Part shown: positions 1-10,565 of the stretch, piece after piece
Layout: each line of letters begins with the position of its first letter
Numbering within the stretch: position 1 is the stretch's first letter
Origin: Planctomycetota bacterium
GTDB taxonomy: Bacteria > Planctomycetota > UBA1135 > UBA2386
Length of the DNA: 64,000 nucleotides
Reading direction: 5' to 3'
NCBI GenBank assembly: GCA_965662465.1
Contig: CBFIIO010000016.1
Span: 7,587 to 71,586, forward strand
Notes under the pieces: generated by a model
Database searches by the model: none
Told to the model about the DNA's origin: nothing
The model's input: only the letters and a program-made list of their open reading frames with translations
Translations under genes and position numbers: made by a program

Positions 1-2
1 TT

Positions 3-839
3 TTGGAGCAGCTCGATCAGCATTTTGGGGTTGCGGTTGTCGCTGCGTATTCGCCAGCAGAACTCTTGCTCCGCGAGGCTTTATGTCCCGAACAATTCGC
101 GCTAGCCGTTGAGCAATTGCAGTTTGATTTTGCAGCGGAGCTCGCTGCTCTTCGCGCGCTTCCAGTCGCCGATCGTGCTCGCGAGGTTGCTGCCGCAAGA
201 GAGCGTAGTCGTGTTGCGCAGGCCTTGGTTGAACCCGTTCGTGTGGCCTTGATTGGTCAGCAAAATGCTGGCAAGTCCTCGTTATTCAACCGGCTATTGT
301 TTCGGGAACGGGCGCTAACTGGTGCGACGCCTGGATTGACTCGAGACGCTATCGCCGAAGTCACAACCTTGTCTGGCTATCCCTACGAGTTGGTTGATAC
401 CGCAGGCGAGGGGCAGGCGGAGTCGACGTTGGATGCTGCTGCGATTGAAAGTGGTCGTTCTTGGCGGTCTGGAGCTTTGCTGGTTTTGGTTGTCGATGGG
501 TCGCTTGGTCCACAGGGCAGCGATCGAGAATTGGCTGCTATTAGTGACCTTGTGGTCAGCAGTAAGTCAGATCTTGGGCAGGCTGCGTGGCCGGTCGGGC
601 TGGCTCGTGATGCTGAAATCTCAGCCCATCATGATTCTGCCGAGGCAGCCCGGTCTACGCTCGGAAGCCTGTTAGCTAGGTTTCGCGGATTGCCCGTTAC
701 AGGCTCTAAATCAGCCGCAGGAGTGGATGCTGGCCATGCTTTTGGGCGGCTTGGAGGCTTCGCTGCGCTCAATGAAGTTGACCGACAGCAGCTGATCGCC
801 CTCGATGCGGATTGCTCCGCGGGGCCGTCGTCGGCATGA
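3..839 (+). CDS. mnmE: MnmE/TrmE-like tRNA-modification GTPase, 5'-truncated by the window edge
   Basis: G1 GQQNAGKS, switch-I PGLTRD, G3 DTAG and G4-like SKSD, preceded by a helical segment. The C-terminal FC(I/V)GK motif of canonical MnmE is absent. Confidence 0.65.
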   Translation: MEQLDQHFGVAVVAAYSPAELLLREALCPEQFALAVEQLQFDFAAELAALRALPVADRAREVAAARERSRVAQALVEPVRVALIGQQNAGKSSLFNRLLFRERALTGATPGLTRDAIAEVTTLSGYPYELVDTAGEGQAESTLDAAAIESGRSWRSGALLVLVVDGSLGPQGSDRELAAISDLVVSSKSDLGQAAWPVGLARDAEISAHHDSAEAARSTLGSLLARFRGLPVTGSKSAAGVDAGHAFGRLGGFAALNEVDRQQLIALDADCSAGPSSA

Positions 840-851
840 TCTCTTATCTCG

Positions 852-2195
852 ATGACCGAACACGTCAAGCGTGACCTGGTTTCCATCGAGGACCTAAGCA
901 CTGCTGAGATCCTCGAACTCTTTCGCCACGCTGATGAATTCCGTGCGAACTTGCATGCGTGGTCTGACCTGTGTCGCGGTGCCATCATGGCGACGCTGTT
1001 CTTCGAGCCTAGCACTCGAACGCGTTTGAGCTTCGAGTCGGCCATGCTGAGACTGGGCGGGGGAGTCATCAGTGCAGCAGAGACTGGTTCCACCAGCAGG
1101 AGTAAAGGTGAATCGTTAGCCGACACCGTGCGGGTTGTCGGCGGTAGCTATGCTGACATCCTTGTGGTGCGTCATCCTGAGGATGGCGCTGCCCGGGTTG
1201 CAGCGCAGTATGCGACGGTGCCAGTCATCAATGGTGGCGATGGTGCTCACGAGCACCCTACGCAAACACTCTGCGATCTCTATACGCTGTGGAAAGAGAA
1301 GGGGCGCCTGCAGGGGCTTGAGGTTGTCTTGTGTGGTGACCTTCGCTACTCGCGGACCATCCATTCGTTTTGCTATGCGTTGGCGCGGTTCGGTGCCAAT
1401 ATCGTCACGATGCCGTATCCGGGCTTTGAGTTGCCTGACTACGTGTTGCATCGATTGCGCCGCGATTTCGGCGTTCAGGCGGTCAGCGCATCAGTCGGCG
1501 ACTTGCCTGGGTTGGCGAGCAGCGCGAACTCGGCCGCTTACCTGACGTCCAGCAAGCCGCATCAACTTGCACTCTTTACGAAGCTCGGCAGTTTTGAGGT
1601 TTCTCGCATCGACGCGATCTACATGACGCGCGCGCAGCGCGAGCGACATGAAGGGCAAGACACTAGCGATTATCCGAGGGTGACTCGTTCGACGATGGGG
1701 GCAGCGTCTACGAAGGATGCCAGTGTCATGCACCCGATGCCTCGGGTCGATGAGATCAGCTACGATCTCGATGACGATCCTCGCTCTATTTACTTTCGCC
1801 AAGCAGAGCTTGGTGTGCCGATGCGAATGGCGCTGATGGCCTACCTGCTTGGCAAGATCCAGTTGCGTGCGCCGAAGCCAGATTTGTTGTCTGTCATGCC
1901 TGGGATTTCCGCCGGTGCTGGTTTGCGCTGCTGTAACGAGCGCTGCATCACCAACAATGAAGGTGTTCGGTATTTGAATCGCGACTTCCGGGTCCGAGAT
2001 GTTGAGTCGCCACCGACTTTGTCTTGCGCGTTTTGTGAGCGGGAACTCGAGGCTCGTTTCGTTGGCAACGCCAATAGTCGCATTGTGTATCGTTATAATG
2101 CGGCGGAGGTTCGGCGAATTAAGGCAGCGAATCGCGTCTACTTTGAGTCCGAGGCTCAGGCGGAAGCGGCCGGCTTCAAATGGCGGCATTCTTAG
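852..2195 (+). CDS. pyrB: Aspartate carbamoyltransferase catalytic subunit fused to a PyrI-like Zn domain and a further C-terminal domain
   Basis: ATCase motifs FFEPSTRTRLSFE, KGESLADT, VRHP, HPTQTLCD, YMTRAQRER and HPMPR. The extension has C-x4-C (CCNERCITN) and CAFC, as in the PyrI zinc domain. Confidence 0.93.
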   Translation: MTEHVKRDLVSIEDLSTAEILELFRHADEFRANLHAWSDLCRGAIMATLFFEPSTRTRLSFESAMLRLGGGVISAAETGSTSRSKGESLADTVRVVGGSYADILVVRHPEDGAARVAAQYATVPVINGGDGAHEHPTQTLCDLYTLWKEKGRLQGLEVVLCGDLRYSRTIHSFCYALARFGANIVTMPYPGFELPDYVLHRLRRDFGVQAVSASVGDLPGLASSANSAAYLTSSKPHQLALFTKLGSFEVSRIDAIYMTRAQRERHEGQDTSDYPRVTRSTMGAASTKDASVMHPMPRVDEISYDLDDDPRSIYFRQAELGVPMRMALMAYLLGKIQLRAPKPDLLSVMPGISAGAGLRCCNERCITNNEGVRYLNRDFRVRDVESPPTLSCAFCERELEARFVGNANSRIVYRYNAAEVRRIKAANRVYFESEAQAEAAGFKWRHS

Positions 2196-2611
2196 GTTGG
2201 CAACGGCGATCCAGCGCCGCTTGATCTGGCGCTCCCCGGTCGGTTGAGCGGAATCGCACGGGTAAACTGCTAATGGCGCTCGCTTTGTCCATCATTGGAT
2301 TGGGAGGCCGTTTCACAAGTCACGGTATGATCGGTGGTTGGGGATGCTTGAAGCTGATGGATCTCGCGGCATGATGTTTGTTGTCCTCGGTACGAGACTT
2401 CAGGTGTTCTGGCGCTAACCCCGGCGCGAGGCTTCACCCGATGTAGCACCGCTCGAATCCCTGTGATTGCCACTTTGCTTGTGGTTGTCGCGAGAGTTTG
2501 AACGGATCCTCGTCAGTAACCCCGATCGCTTGTCAGTGGCGCAATCGTCCCGCGCCCATGTTGGTGATCCAAGAACTACACATGTCGCCTGATTCCCAAT
2601 CGCTGATTCCT

Positions 2612-5600
2612 ATGATGGCAGACAAGAACCTGATGATTGTAGACCCCACAAACTCGACTCGTTCGGTATCAGTATTCGCACTAGTGACTGCGCTGGCTTT
2701 GCTCGTCTTTACGGGATGTAGCGGAAGCGGTGGCGGGGTTGCTGACGCTACACCTGGCGGCACCGTTCAGCCGGAGTTGAGCTTGGTCGAATATGGACGG
2801 CTCGTGGATGTCTACGGTCTCCAAGTGACGCCCGAAGGTTCTGCAATCACGTTGTTCCGTGATGATGTGATGGTTGGCGGTGACATCCAGGATCAGCGGC
2901 CGACTGAGTCGAATCTGACCGATGCCGAAATCCTCTACGACTTCATCGCTGCCGATCCGGACACTCTGCAGCCGCGTTTGTTCATTCCACGTGAGGTGAC
3001 AAGTAGCGAGTTCCAGGATGCTTTCGATGCACTGGATGATCAACTTCGTTCGGTTTCTCCGATGCTCTTCGGTGAAGGTGGTCCTGGGGTTCCGTTCTCG
3101 GTTGTTCCGCGCAATGCAGCGGTTCGGTTGTCGTTCTCTGCACCACTAGGAATCGATGACTCGTTCTTTGTTGAGCGCGACGCAAACGGTTCGGTGGTTT
3201 CGCTACGGAACACGGAAGCCGTGCAGCTGTTGCGTATCGTCGATGATCCGACGCAGCCAAATGGTTTCGTGCCGCTAGCAGTGCGCGTCGTAGTGGGGGG
3301 GGATCAACTCATTCTCGATCCAGTCTTGTTGGGTACGGAAGGTCTGCAATACCAGACTTCCAACAACGCTGCCGGACTGCCTGCCTCACCAGATCAACTA
3401 GGTGCCAATATTCGCGTTGCGATTGCGCTGGAAGGGCCCCTCGCCATTCCTGGCTTGCGCGCCCAGACCACTGGCGGCCTGACCGGCCTGAACAACAGCG
3501 GTCGTAGTTCGGTCGTGCGCGACTTCCGCTCAGGTAACGAGTCAGATGACTCCTCTGATATCGCCCGCGGATTCGTTCGTGACCCATTGCCGTTACGGGT
3601 TGTCGGCGAGATTCCCATGTATCTCGAGCGAGTCGAGAACATCAATGCCTTCACGCAAGAAGTCACGGTCTACAAGAACTCGCTTTCTCACGAGATCGAC
3701 CGTGGCGATGTGTTGCGCTTTATCTCCGACAGTTCTGGCGTGCCGTTTGGTAGCTCTGAGGTCGTTGCCGACCCAGAAGATGACCGCGACAATCCGACGA
3801 TTCAGCATGTTCGCGTCCGCATTCGTCGCGTTGAGAATCTTGAGAATATCGACCCTAGCAATTTGCCGGGATACCCAGCGTCCTTGACGGAGCGTGAAGC
3901 ATGGTTGGTGCAAAATGCTCCGCGTGCCGTCGTGCTCGCAGAGTTCACTGCCGGTGGTGTCGCTGGGCGTGATGACCCGCGCAACTTCTTGTCCTTCACA
4001 CCGGGGCCACTTGAGCTCAACGGTTACAAGCCACAGCAAAACGAGTTCGTATCACCGTTCGCTGGCTCGATCGTTCGCTTCACCAAGCCGGTCGACATGG
4101 AGACCGTCAAGTGGGCCGACACGTTCTTCTTTGCGATGCGTGACCTCAGCACTGAGGACAGCATTGAAGAGTTTATCGCGAATCGGCCGACGGCGCTCGG
4201 CGTCGGGATGAATCCGGCGACTTTCGATCTTGCCAAATACCGTACGCCTTACCTGATTACGGCTCGCGTGTTTGATGAAGATGGGTCGCAAACGTCGTTG
4301 CGGCTACAGCCGACGACGGGCTTCTATCTCGATGACACGATGCGGAATGCTCCGGCTGGCGCAGACTACAGCTACTTCTTGCATCTGATTTCCGATTCCG
4401 ATGACGGCGGGATCCGCGACTTGGCCGGTAACCGGCTTGATCTGCAGGGACTCACTTCGGATCGCAGCAACAGCGTTGTGATCCCGTTCACCGTTGATAC
4501 CCGCATGAATGGCAACGAGCCCGTTTTTGCGGACAACTTGTCCGTGTCCATTGTTCGTCGCTTTGCGTCGCGGGATGAAGATGCGAACCCTAGCTACTTC
4601 TTGCCGTCTGAAGTGCAGCCAGCGAGCACTGGTTCGGTCGCTGCCGCATACCCTCTCGAAGACTTGTTTGGTGGTTTCATCTACGTAGATGGCAAACTCC
4701 TGGCTCGTCCGACAACGCGTATTCGGGTCACGGGCGATAACCTCAACCAGTCACCGGTGCAGCAGCAGCTAGCACCACCAAATCCGATTGGCACCCTGGC
4801 ATGGTGCCCGCAGTCGGTTGGTGGCGAATTGCAGGTGGGATCTAACAGTGCCAATAACTTGGTCAACGCCGGGATTCAAAACCCGCTCAACCCATATGGG
4901 TGTCGTTTGCAGACGCTATGGCGCGAAGTTGACCTAAGTCTCTCCCGTTCTGACCCGTTTGATTTCAATCTCGATATTGAGCAGATGTATTGGGCTCCCT
5001 ACACGGGAACCAACCTCTCCTTTGACGAGTTTGACCGTGTTTCCCTTTACCTTGGCCACAGTGAATACCGGCCGATCCCTTGTGTCGGTGACTTTAGCTC
5101 GCTGCCGTCGCTGCCAGGATCGGGCCTGCAAAACCAATTCGAGGGCAACTTTGCATGGAACCCGTTGCCAACGGGCACCGGCAACACGGCTGAGAGTCAG
5201 TCACCTCGTAGTGCTGCCTACATAGATAAGGCGATGACGATCGATCCTTCGGACGTTGTCTTTGAAATCAACGGCGTCAATCGCTTCTTGCCGCTGCCTG
5301 AGTTCCAGGAACCCTACTTTGTTTACCGCGATGAAACGGTGGTCGAGCAAGGTGGGCGTGCGGACGCAAGTTCCGGCTCGGACTTGAGCGGCCAGGTTTC
5401 TTCTCCATATGTCCTGTCGCCATTCAGTATGGGGCAGGGGCGTCGTTGGGTTGATCCTGATGGCCAGCCAGGCAACGTCCGCTTCGTCAGTTCGTTCTGG
5501 AACGATTCTCGTAACCGCCAACTCAGCAGCGCTGGATCCCTCGACAACTATACGGGTGGCCTTGTTGGCAATGTCGCTTTGCCTTTGCTCGCTGACTTCT

Positions 5601-6538
5601 GGACCTACTGCGATTCGTCCGAATTGCCAGCCGGCGGAGGGTATGTTGCTCTGGGCACCAACGGCTGGCAGACAGCGGTCACGGTCCAGTCGGATCCGCG
5701 GCCAGCTTTCCGAATCCTGAGTGCCGGTCGCTCGGCTACGCAGACTCAGCCAGCGCTGTGCCGCTCACCAGGCGATCCCCAGTGGAATCAGGCATCTGGC
5801 GGCTTCACCCCGACAGGTCAGGCGACGTCAGCTGCTGACAATACGTTTTATTGGATCATGATGGACGTGCTGAAGCGTCAGAGTGTCATCACCAACGGCT
5901 TCGTCGATCTTTACAACCCTCACCGTGTGCCGGAAGGCTTTGTGGATCCACGCCTTGGGCCGTTCTACATCGTCGGTGGCGTGCCTAGTGCTCCGCAGGA
6001 CGTGCTGCCGACGTTTGCCTACGAGTTTGATCCACCGCTGTCGCAGTTGCCGTCAGGCACTTCTCTGGTGCCGCAATTCCGGGGCGCGAGTGCTGTTGAC
6101 AGCACGCCGTTCTACTGGAACGCCTGGATCAACTCTGTGACGCCGTTGTTCCCAAATCCGAACCTGCCGGTGAATCCAGGGTTTGATACCAGCATGCGTG
6201 AGCAGTTGAAGCCTACCGCTGACAACTTTGCGCTCGATCCTTACAAGGCTGGCGACGCGCATATGCGCAAGTGGGACACGCGTCCGATCCCGGGTTCAGG
6301 GCAAGCACGCAACTGGTGGACTTACCTATATAACCGCACGGTAACGACCTACGTAGAGAACCCGAACGACTTGATGGACCCGACCTACACGTTGCAGTTT
6401 GCGGGGCCGAACGAGACGTTCAACCCGCAGGACATCCGTTACGTGAACTGGCGCTTCATCACTAGCAACAACACGAGTGCCAACCCGCCAGTCTCGCCTT
6501 CTATCGAGACCTTCTCCTTGTCGTTCCGCTGGCAGTAA
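2612..6538 (+). CDS. Giant secreted lipoprotein (about 1300 aa), Ig-like-domain family type I; paralog of 10566..14552
   Basis: Long ORF (track start 2498; likely start 2612, 2615 or 2633). Lipobox LLVFTG-C followed by an SG linker. Ig-like segments (IVRFTKPVD...GGIRDLAGNRL). Many motifs shared with 10566..14552. Confidence 0.8.
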   Translation: MMADKNLMIVDPTNSTRSVSVFALVTALALLVFTGCSGSGGGVADATPGGTVQPELSLVEYGRLVDVYGLQVTPEGSAITLFRDDVMVGGDIQDQRPTESNLTDAEILYDFIAADPDTLQPRLFIPREVTSSEFQDAFDALDDQLRSVSPMLFGEGGPGVPFSVVPRNAAVRLSFSAPLGIDDSFFVERDANGSVVSLRNTEAVQLLRIVDDPTQPNGFVPLAVRVVVGGDQLILDPVLLGTEGLQYQTSNNAAGLPASPDQLGANIRVAIALEGPLAIPGLRAQTTGGLTGLNNSGRSSVVRDFRSGNESDDSSDIARGFVRDPLPLRVVGEIPMYLERVENINAFTQEVTVYKNSLSHEIDRGDVLRFISDSSGVPFGSSEVVADPEDDRDNPTIQHVRVRIRRVENLENIDPSNLPGYPASLTEREAWLVQNAPRAVVLAEFTAGGVAGRDDPRNFLSFTPGPLELNGYKPQQNEFVSPFAGSIVRFTKPVDMETVKWADTFFFAMRDLSTEDSIEEFIANRPTALGVGMNPATFDLAKYRTPYLITARVFDEDGSQTSLRLQPTTGFYLDDTMRNAPAGADYSYFLHLISDSDDGGIRDLAGNRLDLQGLTSDRSNSVVIPFTVDTRMNGNEPVFADNLSVSIVRRFASRDEDANPSYFLPSEVQPASTGSVAAAYPLEDLFGGFIYVDGKLLARPTTRIRVTGDNLNQSPVQQQLAPPNPIGTLAWCPQSVGGELQVGSNSANNLVNAGIQNPLNPYGCRLQTLWREVDLSLSRSDPFDFNLDIEQMYWAPYTGTNLSFDEFDRVSLYLGHSEYRPIPCVGDFSSLPSLPGSGLQNQFEGNFAWNPLPTGTGNTAESQSPRSAAYIDKAMTIDPSDVVFEINGVNRFLPLPEFQEPYFVYRDETVVEQGGRADASSGSDLSGQVSSPYVLSPFSMGQGRRWVDPDGQPGNVRFVSSFWNDSRNRQLSSAGSLDNYTGGLVGNVALPLLADFWTYCDSSELPAGGGYVALGTNGWQTAVTVQSDPRPAFRILSAGRSATQTQPALCRSPGDPQWNQASGGFTPTGQATSAADNTFYWIMMDVLKRQSVITNGFVDLYNPHRVPEGFVDPRLGPFYIVGGVPSAPQDVLPTFAYEFDPPLSQLPSGTSLVPQFRGASAVDSTPFYWNAWINSVTPLFPNPNLPVNPGFDTSMREQLKPTADNFALDPYKAGDAHMRKWDTRPIPGSGQARNWWTYLYNRTVTTYVENPNDLMDPTYTLQFAGPNETFNPQDIRYVNWRFITSNNTSANPPVSPSIETFSLSFRWQ

Positions 6539-7019
6539 TCGGCGTTGCTGCAAGGATTCATTCCACAACAGCCGGGCTTTGGTTCGGCGCCCGCGGCAAC
6601 CAACCGCTGGCAATGTTCTCTGTAATCATTTCGACCATTCCCCACCGATCGCGTGCGTCCGTAACGCTTTCGGTTTGATCGTTTCAACCCCTCCAAATCC
6701 CGAACCCCCGAAGGCTTCCGCCTTTTCCTTCTGCAACTTCCCAGTATCGAGTTTCACCATGTGACAACTGGTGATTACGATTCCAACCATCCCTCAGTTG
6801 CGAGCGGGCATCTCCGAGGATGCTCATTCCTGACCTGAGACTGGAAAGGCTGCGGCAGACAATGCTTTTGGAAACCTTCTCCCGAACTCAAATGGTGTCT
6901 TCTTTCAATCACTTGGCTATCTGCCACGCGTTTGGAATCGTTCACCAGATAGCCCTGAATAGCGAAGATCTATCGACGAGCGTCGACTTCGCGGCTAAGC
7001 GGGCCTGAAAACTAGCGCC

Positions 7020-10000
7020 ATGATTCGAAAGTCCTCGATCCGGTTGTCTTCTTTAGCAGCTCTGGCTGTATTTGCTGCTTGTTCAGGCGGCAGTTCGTCC
7101 GATGGGTCGAGCACAGGCGGGGACTTTATTGTTCTCAGCACGGAGCCGAGCGACAACGCCCAGCTCTTTCTGAATGATCCGATCCGGATCGACTTCAGTA
7201 ATCCTGTGGATCTGAGCTCGGTCGACTTGACGACCTTTAGTTTCCAGGTGTTCGACCAAATCGGAAACTCGGTAGCCGAACCTGTCGCTGGCTCCTTCCG
7301 CTTAGGAGTTAGTCCTGGCGATACTGAGGTGGGTCGCCGCCTTGAGTTTGTGCCAGTATTGCCGACTAACGACCTTTTCACGAACGGCGGTTTCCGTCCT
7401 GGCCGCACCTACATGGTTCAGCTGGTCGGCGGTAGCCAAGTCAACAACACGGTCATTCGGGATGCCTCCGGACGAGGCTTGGATCTGCCGCAAAGCTTCC
7501 AGTTTTCGACGGCCGACGGCACCGCCCCTGGTCAGCTTTTCCGCAACACCGCGGGTGGCGGTCCGAAGCGCACTGGCTTTGAGATCACTCCGACACCCGA
7601 CACAACCGGTGTCGTCCTGAACAAACTCGGTAATCCGCCGGTCGAGTTGCGTCTGAAGTTTGACCAGCCGCTGAACCCTTCGAGTTCCAACGTGCCGGTC
7701 GCGATCGTGACCGACCCGTTGTTGCGTAACAGCAATAGCCGTGGTCGCGTCTTCGTCGAATACGACGATCCGGAGTTGGGTAACAACATTTGGATCCCAG
7801 CAGACGTCGAACTCGAGTTCAACGGCATCGATGGTTCCACGCTGGTGCTCCGGCCGCTCGGAGTCATGCCAAACAACGCGTTGGTCCGCGTGGTCGTCGA
7901 GCGAACTCTCGAAGACATCTCGGGCGAGTCGAACGTCGCTAACGTTGCTTATGAGCGTGTCTTTGGCTCCTTCGAGACGAAGCGGGCTTACGAGCAGCAG
8001 TTCGACGGCATCGTTGATAACTTCCTAGCGACGTCGAATGTTGACCTGAACGCGGCATTCTCTGAGCCGCTTGGCGAGGTTGGTCCAGGTTACTTGAAGG
8101 CTGGTTTCGACTTCGAGGGCACTGTGACTGGTGCAGTCTTCGAGCCGACGGCACCAGAGACGATTCTGAATACGAACTTCACGCTCGTGAACCCGCAGAA
8201 CGGTTCTCCGTTCAACGTCTCTGGGGGAGTCTTCAACTTCAACAGAGTGACCATCCCGGCCGGCAAGGTCGTCCGTGGTCAGGGCACCAACCCGATGGTG
8301 TGGCTGGTTGCAGGCACGTTCGATGTTGCTGGCGTATTGTCAGTGCGCGGCGGAGATGGCCAGAGGGTCAACACCTCGGGTAATGCCAATGTCGCCAAGG
8401 CCGGCGGCGCTGGTGTTTGTGGCGGCGGCGATGGTGGAGATGGTTCCCCGAGTAGCGTTGCGCGTGACCTGGCTGGCAGCACCGGTAAAGGCCCGCAGCA
8501 GGTTGTTGGCTTAGGTGGCGCTGGTGGCGTTTTGTCGTGCTCGGCTGGTTGTGCCCGCGGTGCCGGCGGCGGTGGCGGTTCCTTGGCGACTCAGGGTGAT
8601 CCTAACTACAAGCAGAAGATTGCCGCATCGGGTACTGCTACTCCTCTAAACCCGTTTGCGATCTTCCAGCAGCAAAACGGCACTGGTGGTAATGGCTGTG
8701 CCGGCATTGCCGGATCGGTGACGCGAAACCTCGAGGGTGGTGTGCCCGGTCCAACGGTGTTCGTCGATGCCCGTAACGACAATAACTTCTGGGGGATTGG
8801 CGTGCGCTTTGACCAAAGCCTCCGGATTACCGGTGAACTTGCCGTGCCCACGGGCGGCGGCGGCGGCGGCGGTGGCGGTGACCTCTCCTATAACTCTAAC
8901 TGTGGAGTCGAAGACCCCAACTTCGAGAACGATAGTTCCGGCGGCGGCGGTGGTGGTGGCGGTGGTGTCCTCATTGTTAAGGCGCTTGGTCCGATCATCA
9001 TTCGTGAAACTGGCACGATCTCTGCCGACGGTGGTAGTGGTGGTGGTGGGGAGCCGTCGAGTTCTTCAACCGCTGGTGGCGGTGGTGGCGGCGGTGCCGG
9101 CGGCATGGTTGTGCTGATGTCTGCCGACAGCATCGAGATCAATGCTCGCGGCAACACCTACGCGGCTAACGACTACGACTTCTCGATCTCTGCCGATGGT
9201 GGCGTTTGCGTTACTGGGTCCCAGCCGCCGATCATTCAGGGCAAGTATCCTGCCAGTGGCCAGATCATTGGGACATCGTTCCGGACGAACTACGACTCTG
9301 TTCCGCTTGGCGGCTTTGGAGGCATGGGAATCGTGCAATTGATGGCGCCTCCCGGAGATCCTGCAACCACAACGGATGGCACGAACACGATCCTCGACGA
9401 CAACATTCAGGTTGTTTTCAACGGTGCCAACGTCAGTGGAGCGCAGAAGCAAGCTGTTCTTGCTTGGCGCGGCTTCCCTAACGAATTTGGACAAGGCGTA
9501 GATGACTCGGGTGCACTAATCACGGCGCCAATTGACTCGCAAGGTGACATTCGGCCAGCTCCGACGTTGTTGCCAACGGCATTCGCCCGCAAGTCTCGCT
9601 TGCGCTCAAAGTGGATTGACACTGGCGCAACTGCTCGTCGTGAATTGGTTGTTCCGGACGAACTGCCGCGAGGAATCGTCACCAGTGGTGGCGTCCAGTC
9701 GGGGCCCACTTACGAGTGGTCTGGTGTTGAGGCGAGCCCTGGATTGGCTCTCGGTTATGCTGATCATGTCGTCGCGCAAGGGCGCGCATCGGTGCTCTAT
9801 CCGACGGTCGTCACGGCGACATCGATCTTGACAAGGAATGCGAACTCGACGTTCCTGGGTCGTCCTGCATATCGCTTGCTGTTGGCGCAGTCCTCGCTTG
9901 GCTCGACCAATGATCGCTATGTGCAATACGAGGCAGAGATGCTGGCTGGTGATGGCTCGGTTGCAGCTAGCTATCGAATCCTCTCGCACACCGCGAACGA

Positions 10001-10412
10001 GTTGGTGTTGTCACCAGAGAATGGTGCCCTCGACTTGAGTGCCGTTGATGTGCGTGTCGTTGCAAAGTTCTTCGATGTGGTGACCGATGGCCTGCCAGGC
10101 CTTGGCGGTAGCTACATCGGCACTGCCGGCGCTCGTATCCCAGTCGCGAACATTCGCTTCGGGTTTGCATTCCACCAAAATCCTCAGGATGCAAATGCTG
10201 ACCGCTACCCGGCGGCCCCAAATACCTTTGCTTACGACCTGACGGACCCGGCGGTGCAGGAGCAGATTCGTGCTCTCGGCGCGACCTTTGTGCAGTGGGA
10301 CATCTTGTTTGATACCGGATTTAAGACGGTCCCTCAGGATGAACCACCGGCTCTCAACCCGGAGACACCTCGTCCCGAACTGCGGTTCCTCCGTCTACCT
10401 TTCCGCTTTTAG
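7020..10412 (+). CDS. Giant lipoprotein (1130 aa) with Big_5-like Ig domains and a polyglycine-rich region, type II
   Basis: Lipobox AVFAA-C. Big_5-like pattern IRIDFSNPVDLSSV...LEFVP...PGRTYMV...IRDASG. Multiple G5-G9 tracts. Ends LRFLRLPFRF. Confidence 0.8.
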   Translation: MIRKSSIRLSSLAALAVFAACSGGSSSDGSSTGGDFIVLSTEPSDNAQLFLNDPIRIDFSNPVDLSSVDLTTFSFQVFDQIGNSVAEPVAGSFRLGVSPGDTEVGRRLEFVPVLPTNDLFTNGGFRPGRTYMVQLVGGSQVNNTVIRDASGRGLDLPQSFQFSTADGTAPGQLFRNTAGGGPKRTGFEITPTPDTTGVVLNKLGNPPVELRLKFDQPLNPSSSNVPVAIVTDPLLRNSNSRGRVFVEYDDPELGNNIWIPADVELEFNGIDGSTLVLRPLGVMPNNALVRVVVERTLEDISGESNVANVAYERVFGSFETKRAYEQQFDGIVDNFLATSNVDLNAAFSEPLGEVGPGYLKAGFDFEGTVTGAVFEPTAPETILNTNFTLVNPQNGSPFNVSGGVFNFNRVTIPAGKVVRGQGTNPMVWLVAGTFDVAGVLSVRGGDGQRVNTSGNANVAKAGGAGVCGGGDGGDGSPSSVARDLAGSTGKGPQQVVGLGGAGGVLSCSAGCARGAGGGGGSLATQGDPNYKQKIAASGTATPLNPFAIFQQQNGTGGNGCAGIAGSVTRNLEGGVPGPTVFVDARNDNNFWGIGVRFDQSLRITGELAVPTGGGGGGGGGDLSYNSNCGVEDPNFENDSSGGGGGGGGGVLIVKALGPIIIRETGTISADGGSGGGGEPSSSSTAGGGGGGGAGGMVVLMSADSIEINARGNTYAANDYDFSISADGGVCVTGSQPPIIQGKYPASGQIIGTSFRTNYDSVPLGGFGGMGIVQLMAPPGDPATTTDGTNTILDDNIQVVFNGANVSGAQKQAVLAWRGFPNEFGQGVDDSGALITAPIDSQGDIRPAPTLLPTAFARKSRLRSKWIDTGATARRELVVPDELPRGIVTSGGVQSGPTYEWSGVEASPGLALGYADHVVAQGRASVLYPTVVTATSILTRNANSTFLGRPAYRLLLAQSSLGSTNDRYVQYEAEMLAGDGSVAASYRILSHTANELVLSPENGALDLSAVDVRVVAKFFDVVTDGLPGLGGSYIGTAGARIPVANIRFGFAFHQNPQDANADRYPAAPNTFAYDLTDPAVQEQIRALGATFVQWDILFDTGFKTVPQDEPPALNPETPRPELRFLRLPFRF

Positions 10413-10565
10413 TCGCTGTTTTGCCCTCGGGCATCTCAGCTTGCGGATCAAACCCACAAACAATCCCTTCTGATACTTGATACCTGTCCCTGGAACCTCA
10501 ACTAGAACTCCGGGAACAACCAGCTCCAGCGCCTGCGGCAGGACATAGCAACCAAGGCACCTGAC

